NCBI GenBank assembly: GCA_951406725.2 | Contig: OX597821.1 | Coordinates: 69,874,001 to 69,938,000, forward strand | Origin: Octopus vulgaris | Lineage: Eukaryota | Reading direction: 5' to 3' | DNA length: 64,000 nt | Shown: in pieces, positions 1 to 11,567 of the stretch | Position numbering within the stretch: position 1 is the stretch's first letter | Layout of the letters: each line of letters starts with the position of its first letter | Notes under the pieces: model-generated | What the model was told of the DNA's origin: nothing | The model's input: the letters and a program-made list of their open reading frames with translations, nothing else | Databases searched by the model: none | Made by a program: the position numbers and the translations under genes

Positions 1-81
1 AAGAAGAAGAAGAAGAAGAAGAAGAAGAAGAAGAAGAAGAAGAAGAAGAAGAAGAAGAAGAAGAAGAAGAAGAAGAAGAAG
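1..81. repeat. (AAG)n microsatellite, runs off window start
   Basis: Perfect AAG run. Confidence 0.98.
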
Positions 82-243
82 ATGATGATCTTCTGATGCT
101 GTTGATGACGATGATGAAGATTGATGATGGTGAAAAAGTCCTAAAAGAAACCAGTGAGGATAAAGGCAAAGGCGGACAACAACAAACAACACGAAGAGAG
201 TCAGGAAGAAAATAAAAACGAAGACAATTATGAAGATCTTATA

Positions 244-274
<31 letters not shown>

Positions 275-361
275 TTGTATGTGTGTGTGTGTGTGTGTAT
301 GTGTGTGTGTATACATATATTTAATATGTAATATATATACTTGATGAAAGACAAAGGGATA

Positions 362-372
362 CAGCAGCAGCA

Positions 373-437
<65 letters not shown>
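362..437. repeat. (CAG)n microsatellite
   Basis: CAG run with two AAG interruptions; flanks show no exon context. Confidence 0.95.
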
Positions 438-438
<1 letters not shown>

Positions 439-679
439 CATATTTGTCTCCGGTTGGCATCTCCAGCTCTTCGTTCTTTCTCTAATATTTACTCCATCCG
501 TGAGCGATTATTGTCTGATGATCTTCACATTGTCTAGACACATGCTGAGACTCTGGCAAAACGAACTCGAAATAACAGCACAGAGCACCATAACAAAATC
601 ATCAAAGAATTCTTGAAGAACAATGTTTTCGTAACTAAAAACGCATTTCTAACATAATGTTTTCGTTCAACTCGAATTG

Positions 680-716
<37 letters not shown>

Positions 717-797
717 TATCATTATCATCATCATCATCGTCATCATCTTCATATCATCATCATCATTATTATCATTATCATTATTACTATTATTATT
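680..797. repeat. (CAT)n/(TAT)n microsatellite
   Basis: Trinucleotide runs. Confidence 0.9.
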
Positions 798-809
798 CTT
801 GTTAGTATT

Positions 810-930
810 AAGGTGGCGAACTGGTAAAATCTCAAGCATGCCGGACAAAATGCTTAGCGGCTTTTCTTCCGACTATACGTTCAAAGTTCAAATGCCACTA
901 GGGTTAAATTTGCCTTTCAGCCTTTCTGGT
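810..930 (+). mobile_element. Diverged SINE family A 5' fragment
   Basis: aaggtggcgaactgg...gttcaaatgcc...tttgcctttca matches the copies at 58029 and 58866. Confidence 0.75.
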
Positions 931-931
931 A

Positions 932-1900
932 GCCATAGTTGTCTAAGCGGCTGAGGACTATTTTCCTCCAGAGGACCAACATGCTTTTCTGTTCTCTCGT
1001 TCTGAAAGTTGTAAAGATCTAGACGGCCAACCGTCTGCATTTTAATGTCAACTTAATAATGTGCACTTGGAAAGATGCATCATCACTCATATCAAAACTC
1101 AAAGTCACGCACCGATGCTGATTCAGTGATTGTAATCCCTCCTGGGCCAGTGTCTCCTGTCTACATTTCATTCAGTTTCGTGTGTTCGTAAGGCAGGGTT
1201 CCGAATTTTCCAGCATTAAATTGCATGTTATTGTCCTCAGCCCACCTGTATATTGCTTCCAACTCCTGCTGCAGATGTGCAACCTTTCCAGGCTTCTGTG
1301 ACCTTTGAGAAACTTTTCTTTCGTCTACATAGCTAGCAAAGTTGGCTCTCTGGGCAGCCGAGAGCATGTCAGAGAGTTACTACGGAAAGCAGTGCTCCCC
1401 ACCCCAGACAGCACCCTGTGGAACACCACTCATTATTTGCGTTTCCTCTGAGTTAACACCTGACTTCTATCATTTAGAAAGTCATATAGCGACTCTCCAA
1501 CTTTTCCAACTATGCCAAGATCACAAAACTTGTGATATATCACAATATGGTCGACTTTATCAAAGGCTTTTGCAAAGTTGAGCTAAATCACGTCTACATT
1601 TAAGTTGTTGAGTAGCCGCTTCAGTACCCTCTCCTAGTCCTGCAAGAGCTGTGTCAGCCTCTACATGGTTGAAAGACATGCTGGGTGTCAGTCAGCAAGC
1701 CGTTCTTTTCAAGGAATGTAATCAGTTTCCTTCCGACTATTTGTTCCATGTCTTTGCTGACGCGTAAGGTCAGAGAAATAGGCCTATAATGCTTTGCTTC
1801 CTTCGTTATGAATAACGCACATCATCCCCTCCTTCAATTTGTTTGGGAGCTTACCACTTGCCAGGGAGCTCTGAAAAGGAGGCTGCAGTGGTTTTGCAAG
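932..1900 (-). mobile_element. Decayed CR1/L2-group LINE reverse transcriptase
   Basis: Minus-strand motifs YRPISLT (~1780), VDVI*LNFAKAFDKVDH (~1550-1600), SGVPQG (~1420), YVDE (YADD equivalent), RWAEDNNMQFNAGK and SDDASFQVHI; stops and frameshifts present. Confidence 0.88.
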
Positions 1901-2100
1901 GGTTCCGTTATATGATTTGGGAAGGATTGCTGGGAATTAATCAAGGTTAGCAGATGTGTTTGCGCCTGCCTCATCTATGCCATGTATTACGTATAAACAT
2001 TTCCTAGGTAAAGGTTGACAATGGCTTCAAACTGTCGGCTTGCTCACATTCACCATACTATATGTACTTAAACAGCCACATACACGCACCCACACTCATA

Positions 2101-2173
<73 letters not shown>

Positions 2174-2225
2174 AACAAAGTTATTTTATTCCCCACTGGT
2201 GACACAAGCCACATCTTTCTATTTG

Positions 2226-2269
2226 AACCTTTTGAAAATCAGAGTAAACTGTGAAACCGGTTAAAGCTT
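2226..2269 (+). ncRNA. Decayed minimal type-I hammerhead ribozyme motif (U3:A8 core)
   Basis: TTGAAAA-[tcag agtaaa ctgt]-GAAA-CCGG-TT; stems I and II imperfect; island flanked by (TA)n. Confidence 0.5.
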
Positions 2270-2336
2270 CAAATATTTAAACTATTCTCAGTGCATTTTC
2301 AACTTCTATTTTTCCTTATATCTATACATACATGCG

Positions 2337-2437
<101 letters not shown>

Positions 2438-3545
2438 ACCACACTCGAACCTTATTTACACCATCTAAAGAAGAATAATAAGAGTTATTCTCTGGAATGG
2501 TCCGTTATTTCGAGAGCCCCTTCAGAGTAAATATTAATAAGTGTTAAGTTGTGTGTAAAGGAATCCCTTGCAATCCTTAAGTCTTTGGGGCCAAAAACTT
2601 TAAACAGATTTACTGAGTTGATCCCTTTTTGCAACCATAGGTTTTCGTCCACTTCTATGAAAGTATAAAGAAATAAAAAGAAATGTAATAAAATTGTTTA
2701 GCGTTACGGAGATTTGAAACCGGTGAGGTTAAATTTCTGTTAACTACAGCCACCTGCGTGTTTAGCATTTTTTTTTTCATGTAGGTAATTTGGACTCGTC
2801 CGCTAATGGGTTATTCTTAAATTATATAAGCTTTTCATTAAGAAGAATAAGCTTTTTATAAAAATTTTAATCCGTGCATGTTTCGTGTTTATTTTTATGT
2901 GGGTGGAGGTGCATCGCCGTGATGCACTTTAGTGTAGAGATGAATTGCAGTGGTCATCTCCCGAAATGGCCACATATATATGTGAATGCTGAATTTGACC
3001 GGTGATATCTGTTTATTGTGAACTTTGAACGTAATTATGTGAGGGGAGTAAAATACTTTATTCAAGATTTACGTGGATTTAACCTGTGGAAGTCTGCTTA
3101 GTTATGAACTTTGGACGTACATGTGTCAGGCAAATAAAAGACTTTTTAAAAATATTTTTGGTTTTTAAATATTTTTAATATTTTAATCGTCAGATAAATT
3201 TTTTTAGTCGGTGGACACTTATTTTATTTTATCTTTATTTTATATTTTGCCCAGTTGGCTTCGATAGTTTTGAATTTTTAGTCGTTTTATGGAACTTTTG
3301 ATAAGCCGTTCTATTTGTATTTTATTAGGATATATATATTGTTTTACATTTATGTTGTGTGATTTTATGAATATGTATTATTTTTTATGTGTTTGTAGAC
3401 CATGGTGTTTTATTTTCATATATATGATTAAATGTTTGAGGGGTGGTGTTGTATGTACAGTCGTTGACCCAAAATTGTTTGTTCTATAACTAAAGCTTCT
3501 TTATATATATATATTTACACACACATGTATACATACATGCATACA

Positions 3546-3587
<42 letters not shown>

Positions 3588-3928
3588 CAATATCTCTGAA
3601 AGAGATGAAAGCAGTAAGCACACTGAAAAGTAATGTTTATCGCCATTAAAACGTGGCTGTTCCGTAGGAGCCGACGTTACTACAACTTTAATCGCAGGAG
3701 GGTGTCTTCTGCACCTGATATACATTACAAGCAAAGGGTGTAAACCCCTACCATCTTCCAGCCATGAGAACACCAGATCGTTCGGTTTCGAATTTTTTGT
3801 GATCACCGTCGGTGGTGGATCCTCGTCCGCTAGAGATAGCAGTAGTTCACTACAGCTCGTAATATGTAGATAGAGAAGGATAAAGAAAGAAACACAGAGA
3901 ATGACAATGAAAGAGAAATACACACACA

Positions 3929-3971
<43 letters not shown>

Positions 3972-4140
3972 GTTAATCCAAACATGAAAACACAAAGAGA
4001 CAACACACCAACGCGAGGATGTGGAACAAGTATAGTGTTATTGGACGCTCAGGAAAGGAAAGAAAGATCCAAGGAAAGGAAGACGGAGGAAAATAAATCG
4101 CTAACGATACACACGCGGTCACATATTAAATGTATGTGTG

Positions 4141-4237
<97 letters not shown>

Positions 4238-4711
4238 TTATGTACGCGCACACAAACATAAAATGCATTTTCCAAACCTATATTTAAAACCTGACAGTGT
4301 TCGAGTTTAATCGATCATTTTTTTTCGTTCTCATTAAACATTTTACTCGTATCTCCTTGTTAGCTTTTTATGTTCACTTTGCAACAATGCATTTCCTGTA
4401 TCTATTAATGTTTCGAGGTGTTGCCGACATCATTTCCAGAAAGAACCGTCGGCTAATGGCGAGTTGCTACCGTTGTCGATAGCAAGATGAGGTCGGAAAG
4501 GTCTTCCGACAGAAATGGATTTGGAAAAGTTTTTGTTTCAACCTAAACATAAAATACGAGCGAAGCGAACAGTAATGTCTTCACAAAGAGCGAGAGAGAG
4601 AGAGAGAGTAGATGTGTGTGAGGGGAGAGATAGAAATTGATAGATAGAAAAGTTTGTTGATCTGTACGCACACACTTATATAGAATGTTCATATATACAT
4701 GTATACATGCA

Positions 4712-4769
<58 letters not shown>

Positions 4770-4802
4770 CATGTGTGTATGTATGTATAAAATGTATATA
4801 TA

Positions 4803-5000
4803 TAGTTCAAACTTACAGGAAACAAAAGGCGATGTCAGGTGTAGGAACAAGAAGCATGTGTATTAGTTTAACGCTCGGCAAGAATGGAAAAGTCTTTTAC
4901 GTTTCGAGCCTACGCTCTGCAGCAGAAAGGAACAAGAGAAAATAAACAGAGAGAGAATGAAAGAAAACAACGGAGAGTAGGGATTAACGATTCAACACAC
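4803..5000 (-). mobile_element. Short Penelope-terminus-like remnant with hammerhead-like motif (4894-4929)
   Basis: Minus strand cttt CTGCTGC a gagc gtag gctc GAAA CG TA aaag; same architecture as 14368-14402. Confidence 0.5.
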
Positions 5001-5393
5001 ACATATACACCACTCTTTCTTCCATCTTTAATAAATGTCAAGCTAACACATTCCTTTTGACTTTTGTTCTTTAGCTATTTTTAATTTTCTATTTGCCTCG
5101 TGTATGTATGTATGTATGTATGTATGTATGTTTGTATAATATCCATATTATATATGCATGATTTTATATACATACATGATGCTGGCCGTGCTCTAGCATT
5201 GCCATAGTATTTAAGTTGAAACACGTAAGAGTATAAGAATATATATTCATATGCATGTGTGCGTGATTATATATAGCGTAAGGGAGAGAGAGAGAATGAC
5301 ATACACAAAACAGAAGAAATTTGAAACCCTTATGTTGGTACCGTTTGACGGACTTGTTGCAAAACCTGATTCTTTACAAAGTGCAATATATAG

Positions 5394-5462
<69 letters not shown>

Positions 5463-6051
5463 TAAGAAACATATTGAAACAGTCATGTTACTAGAAAGGA
5501 TCGTCTCTATTGGATGGGGGTGTAATGTGTTCAGAGAAACTATGTGGAGTCGTAGCAGAAAAAAATGTGGTATTACACCTAGCACAAATGTCACGCCCCA
5601 TTAGAAAATACATCTATAGAAAATTAGACAGGATTGGTGGGGGGGGGGAGAGGCGAGTTGTTGAATCCCATAGTTTTAGAGGCTGTTCAGATTTAACTTC
5701 AAAGTCATCTGACTCCAACAGATAGGCGATTGCCTGCATATGTCTAACTACATCTACACACACACACCATCGCAAACACATGCACACACACACGTGCGTA
5801 TGTGTAGCATGCCTGTAGCACACACATAAAGGTATGTGCATGTTTAAATTTATATATATATGTATATATATATATCTCCAAGGTACTTTTTTCAAGAACT
5901 ATCATTAAACTCAAGATACACAAAGACTTTACGATGTATCAGAGTACCTATTTTTTAATTTTTGTATATATTTATCATTATTTTTTTGCAAAAAAATAAT
6001 GTAATTTTCTTTGTTCCCCCTCCTCAAACTTAAAAGAAATTTTTTCTTTAC

Positions 6052-6093
6052 AATTCTTGAAAAGTCACATTGTGACGAAAACCGGTTTGAATT
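6052..6093 (+). ncRNA. Minimal type-I hammerhead ribozyme (U3:A8 core)
   Basis: Stem I aattc/gaatt, core TTGAAAA, stem II gtcac-att-gtgac, GAAA, palindromic ACCGGT, TT. Confidence 0.72.
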
Positions 6094-6198
6094 AATATAT
6101 ATATATATATTTATTAATTTTTCAAAATTTTCAATACACTCATTTTCATTAAAATTTTCTTTCAATTTAGCATTCTGCCTTTTTATAATTTTTCCTTG

Positions 6199-6250
<52 letters not shown>

Positions 6251-6311
6251 TATGTCTATTTAAGTATATGTAAATAAATGTGTATATGTGTGTGTGCATA
6301 TGTGTGTGTGC

Positions 6312-6366
<55 letters not shown>

Positions 6367-7025
6367 ATACAAGTTTATATATGCATATCAATGCATTTTA
6401 TAATATGTACAGTGTGTGTGTACACGCGTGCGTATTTGTGTACAGCGAATTTGCGTCGCGTGCTTTCGCGATTCTGGGTGATGTTCTGATGCTTTAAGAT
6501 TTTAGTTGTACAAAATAACCCACCATACCGTTACCAGTGCCCCAAATCTGAACACTACATATAATGGAGATCAACCCTTCATTTCTTGAGTAACTGTTAT
6601 TTCATAACTGCGCAGAAAGCACAACGGGAGATAAATAGTATCTACCACAAGAAATCTTTATAAATATAATTATTTACATGTTTTCTCGGAACACATACGG
6701 TGTTAATATATCTTGTAATTATAGATTGGAAAACAGCACCTTACAAATCACAACTTATGATTATTCAGTACAAAAGTAATTGAAGTATGATGCAAGTTTT
6801 CAGGTGCATTTGGAATTTAAAAGTAAATTTTATGGCATTTAAATTGCTTAAATATGAATATATCTTACCCAATTGTATTTCAAAAAAGCATTCATAAATT
6901 ATTCGTCCTCCATATAAATATGTCGAAATGTGTGAGTGTGTATGTATGAATGTATATATGTAAATTTATCGCTCTCTCTCTCTCTCTGTCACTTTCCATC
7001 TCCCTTCCCCTCTCTCTTCATATAT

Positions 7026-7065
<40 letters not shown>

Positions 7066-7067
<2 letters not shown>

Positions 7068-7367
7068 TGGGACTCCGTCGGTTACGACGACGAGGGTTCC
7101 AGTTGATCGGAACAGCCTGCTTGTGAAATTAACGTGTAAGTGGCTGAGCACTCCACAGACACATGTACCCTTAACGTTGTTCTCGGAGAGATTCAGCGCA
7201 ACATAGTGTGACAAGGCTGGCTCTTTGAAAAACAGATACATCAGGAAGAGGAAGAAAGAGTTGTGGTGAAAGAGTACAGCAGGGTTCGCCACAACGCTCG
7301 GTCTGGGAATCGAAACCATGATCCTACGACCGCGAGTCCGCTGCTCTAACCGCTGGGCCATTGCGCC
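7066..7367 (-). mobile_element. tRNA-derived SINE family B
   Basis: Head ggcgcaatggcccagcggttag (A box) ... ggtttcgattcc (B box), followed by a non-tRNA body; flanked by microsatellites. Confidence 0.85.
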
Positions 7368-7394
7368 CCCCCTTTCTCTCTCTCTCTCTCTCCC

Positions 7395-7452
<58 letters not shown>

Positions 7453-7604
7453 TATGCATGCATGCAGAAATGAGTATAGAATGTCACCAACTGTGCAAAC
7501 AACATGAAATACGTAAACAAAGAGAAAAGAAAAATAGAAAACAGGACAAGTAAACACAGATAAAGGACCCTTCATCGGCTGTTGGCTGTTTACTCCTCAT
7601 TTCG

Positions 7605-7812
7605 AGCTGGCAGAATCTTTAGCAAGCTGAACGAAATGCTTAGTGCTATTTCGACCGTCGCTACGTTCTGAGTTCAAATTCCGCCAAGGTCGAATTTGCC
7701 TTTCATCGTTTCGGGGTCGATAAACTAAGTACCTGTGAAATATTGAGGTCGATGTAATCGACAAGTCCCTTTCTCCAAAATTTCAGGCCTTGTGCCTTTA
7801 GTAGAAAGCATT
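7605..7812 (+). mobile_element. SINE family A (Meta-domain-like core), tail type 1
   Basis: B-box-like gagttcaaattcc; core gcctttcatc.tttcggggtcgataa..aagtacc; multiple copies in the window. Confidence 0.88.
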
Positions 7813-7819
7813 ACTATTG

Positions 7820-9790
7820 TTTTGGTTTGGCTCAGGTTCGCTGTTATTCACGGTAGGAATTGTGTGGGTAGCGTGCTACTACCTGTAGGTGTCCACAATC
7901 TTTCAATAGTCTTTCAAATGCTTACAATCGTCCTGAAAATCCTTGCTGTTCTTAGAGGAAACTTTTTGTAGGAGCTGTATCGGTCATTCTCTTCCAATCT
8001 CCTTCAGCCATTTGTCTATCTTTTCTTACTGTTCCCAACGCAAAAATTATTACAGGCACGACCTTTGCTGTTCGCATGCATCAAATTCTTCTTATCTATA
8101 ATTTTTATGTCCGGTCTATTATTTTCTAACTTCTTGGCTGTTTCAATAGGAAACTCCCACAAAAGTTTACATTTCTCCGATTCCAATACATTTTCGACTC
8201 GATTATTCTACCACGTGTTTTCAGCTTGAAATCCCCATTTCCGGCACGCTTTTCAGTGTAAAAGTTTTACAGCCTCGGCATGCTTCCATTTCTTATATTC
8301 TTCCCGAGCCAACTTTCGGCATTCTTCCACAATGTGTGCCACTGTCTCGTTCCAAATTCCACAGGCTCTACCTTTTACTCACACATTCTCTCCATATATA
8401 TATTTTTTCTTAACTTGTTTGTTTTTATCGCTTGATCTTATATTGCTACAATTAGATTCTCTGTTTCTTTATTTCAATTTTAATTGACCCTTTTTTTAAC
8501 CAAACCCAGGATTTTGTTCTACATACGTCTTCAGTGGCTCTCAAAAACTGGCCATGCAAGGCTTTCTTTTCACTCTGTCTGAGGTGCTTTATCCTTTATT
8601 TAATGTTTTATTCTTTATTTAATGTCTCTGGTTTCTTCCAATCTTGGATTGCACGCAGCCACTCCGCTTCATCATTTTCTTCTACAGGTTGGTCCCAAAT
8701 CCCTCTCCAGAATGCCTTGCTTTCCTCTGCATCTGGTATCATTGTTATGCGTATTTGCCCATCTAGTTCCTGAAGCAGTTTCTTCTGATTTACTTCATCA
8801 AACAATCTGTTTTGCCTGAACTGTGTTCTTCTGTTGGCATATCTTTCCTGTTTTGCTTTGGTTGCTACTACTCTTTTATTTCAATTCTTCCAATATCACA
8901 TCATAACCTTTATATCTCTTATTCTATCTGTTCTTTCCCAGCATTATTCTTATTCTTTCGTTCTGCAATTCCTTTCTTCTCAATCTATCAACTTGTCCTA
9001 AATGCCTTTTTAACATACTTTGTTTCTCACACATTCCTTTAATGACAGTATGGTTCTTTACGTCTGTCTGCAGCAACCATAGCTGCACCCCAAATAATCT
9101 TGTTAGTTTCAGTTATATTTCACGTCAGGAATAGCTCATAAGCCGAATCTCTCTTTTCGATTTCAACCTTGAGCTTGCGTCGGTCAATGTATCTCAAGTC
9201 GGCTGTGTGGTCGACTCAAGTCGGCTGTGTGGTCGACTGATCGTGGTCTTCTCTAATATATCGGCACAGCGTCCTCCCTATGTCTTGTTGATCATCATCG
9301 TATTCTTGTGCTATAGCTGCTCTTCCTATTACTTCTGCTTCATTTGCTGAGAATGCATTTACACTTTACTTCTTCACTGCCGCTTTTCATTTGTCTGTTC
9401 TCACTGGGCACGTTATCTGTTGGTGAAGTATTATTTCTAACTTCTACTTTCCTTTTTATCTCTTCTGTTTCCATGCCTATAAACCATCCTTTTGTTCTTA
9501 TTGCTCTAGCGTGGTCGGCTAACTGTTGCCTCACTTGTTTCAAAGAGTCCTATCACATTCCATTTCGATTTCATTCGTTGTCAGAATCCACTTCTGTTGG
9601 GTCCACTCCAGATCCAGCATTCAATTAACGTTCTTCGTTTTGTCTCCTCATCCCACCTTCTTCTCCGCCTCTGCCTTTGTCTACAAGCCATCTCTGGATG
9701 ACGACCGGGTCTGCGCTGCTCAACCACAGGGCACCTGCCGGGCGAAAGGATTTCACATTTGGTTCCAGCCTCATCAACAACATTATTGAA
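7820..9790 (-). mobile_element. Dong/R4-clade non-LTR retrotransposon, apparently lacking the RT domain
   Basis: N-terminal motifs LIECW..S.P, QQLADHARAIRTKGW and PDAEESKAFWRGIW, then directly LHGQF, a CCHC knuckle (CRACG..ETVAHIVEEC), LLWEFPI..NRPDI and VPVII.ALGTV of the REL endonuclease; many stops. Confidence 0.85.
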
Positions 9791-9798
9791 TACATGTC

Positions 9799-10260
9799 TA
9801 TATATTACGTATATGTGTATATGTGTGTGTGCATGTATGTGTATGGGTGTATATGTGTGTGTGTATGTGTGTATATATGTGTGTGTATGTATGTATGTAT
9901 GTATGTATGTATGTATGTATGTATGTGTGTTTGTGTCTGTTTGTGTGCCTGTTTGTGTGTTTGTGCGTTGTATGAGCGTGTTCATGTGTGCGTGCGTGTG
10001 TCCGAGCGTGGGTGGACACGCGCATGTATGCGTGTGCGTGTGCGCGTGTATATACGTACATGCGTGTGTGTATGTGTGCGTGTGTATGTGAGCGCGTGCG
10101 TGTATGTGTGTGTCTGTGCGTGCGTGCATGAGTGTGTGTGCGTGTGAGTGCGCGCGTCCGAGTGTGTGTGTGTGTGCGCGTGCGAGTGTGCACGCGCTTA
10201 TGCGTATTCGTATTTGCGTATATATGTGCATGTGTATATATACAGACGTACACACACACA
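9799..10260. repeat. Compound alternating purine-pyrimidine repeat (TG/TA/CG)
   Basis: Mixed (TG)n, (TATG)n and (TGCG)n. Confidence 0.9.
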
Positions 10261-10303
10261 TACGCACACGAACACATTACGCAACCGTACACATACGCAC
10301 GCG

Positions 10304-10505
10304 TTCTGTTGTGTCTGGGGAGGGTCAGTTTTTTTGCCTTATAATTTAAGACACTCAAGATAAAATTTCCACTTATTCCATATTTTCATTTTCCTAAAGT
10401 ATTAGGAAAATAAAATTAAGGAATAAGTGGAAATTTTACCGGTGAGTGTGTTAAATTATGAGGCAAAAAAAAAAAAGAAATTGACCCTCCCCAGACACAA
10501 CAGAA
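10304..10505. mobile_element. Foldback/MITE-like ~200 bp palindrome
   Basis: ttctgttgtgtctggggagggtca ... tgaccctccccagacacaacagaa; arms pair with some mismatches almost to the centre (ttttcctaa agta ttaggaaaa). Confidence 0.8.
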
Positions 10506-10562
10506 AATACTTCAACACATGAACTCACATGAGGAATCTTGCTCACCAAATCCGAAAACGAA

Positions 10563-10563
10563 G

Positions 10564-10641
<78 letters not shown>

Positions 10642-10982
10642 TGTGTATATGTTTATATATATATACATATATGTGTATATGTATATGTGTGTGCATATAT
10701 ATATGTGTATATATATATGTGTGTATATATATGTGTGTGTGTATATATATGTATATGTGTATGTGAATATGTGTATATGTCTATGCGTATATATACGTGT
10801 GTGTATATATGTGTGTATATGTATATGTGTGTGCATATATATATATGTGTGTATATATATATATGTATATATGCATATGTGTATTTGTGTATATATGTAT
10901 ATATATATGTGTATATATGCATGTATATATATATATATATATATATCATTTGTATATATGTATATATATGTATGTATATATC

Positions 10983-11025
<43 letters not shown>

Positions 11026-11516
11026 ATATGTGTGTATATATCTAAATATATATATGAATATATGTTTATATATATATATATATATGAATATGTGTGTATA
11101 TATCTAAATATATATATGAATATATGTATATATATATATATATATATATGCGTATGTATATATGTGTATCTCCATATATATATGTATGTATATATGTATG
11201 TATGTATATATGTATGTATGTATATATATGTATGTATGTATATATATATATATATATATATTTATATGTATATATATATTTATATATATATGTATATATA
11301 TATTTGTATTTATATGTATATATATATTTGTATATATGTATATATATATTTGTATATATATGTATATATATATTTGTGTATATATGTATATATATATATG
11401 TATATATATATTTGTGTATATATGTATATATATGTATGTATATATGTGTATATGTATGTATATGTGTATATATATGTATATGTATGTATATGTGTATATA
11501 TATATATATATGTATA

Positions 11517-11566
<50 letters not shown>
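10563..11566. repeat. 1 kb compound (TA)/(TG)/(TATG) microsatellite
   Basis: Direct reading; source of the spurious IY/CV ORFs. Confidence 0.97.

Positions 11567-11567
<1 letters not shown>

Noticed and set aside
341-616. PolyQ ORF
   Set aside because: (CAG)n tract in microsatellite context with no start or splice support
3773-3833. Minus-strand CGGACGA...GAAAC hammerhead-like motif
   Set aside because: U4 and the NUH triplet are both broken and stem II is ambiguous; too degenerate to call
4470-4525. GATGA-hairpin-GAAA hammerhead look-alike
   Set aside because: Core starts AA instead of CU, the base of stem II is mismatched, and there is no stem I
9193-9238. 22 bp tandem duplication, CRISPR-like at a glance
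   Set aside because: Two adjacent copies with no spacer, inside a LINE; eukaryotic slippage duplication
9680-9790. Possible HDV-like ribozyme at the Dong 5' end
   Set aside because: Could not build the nested double pseudoknot by eye
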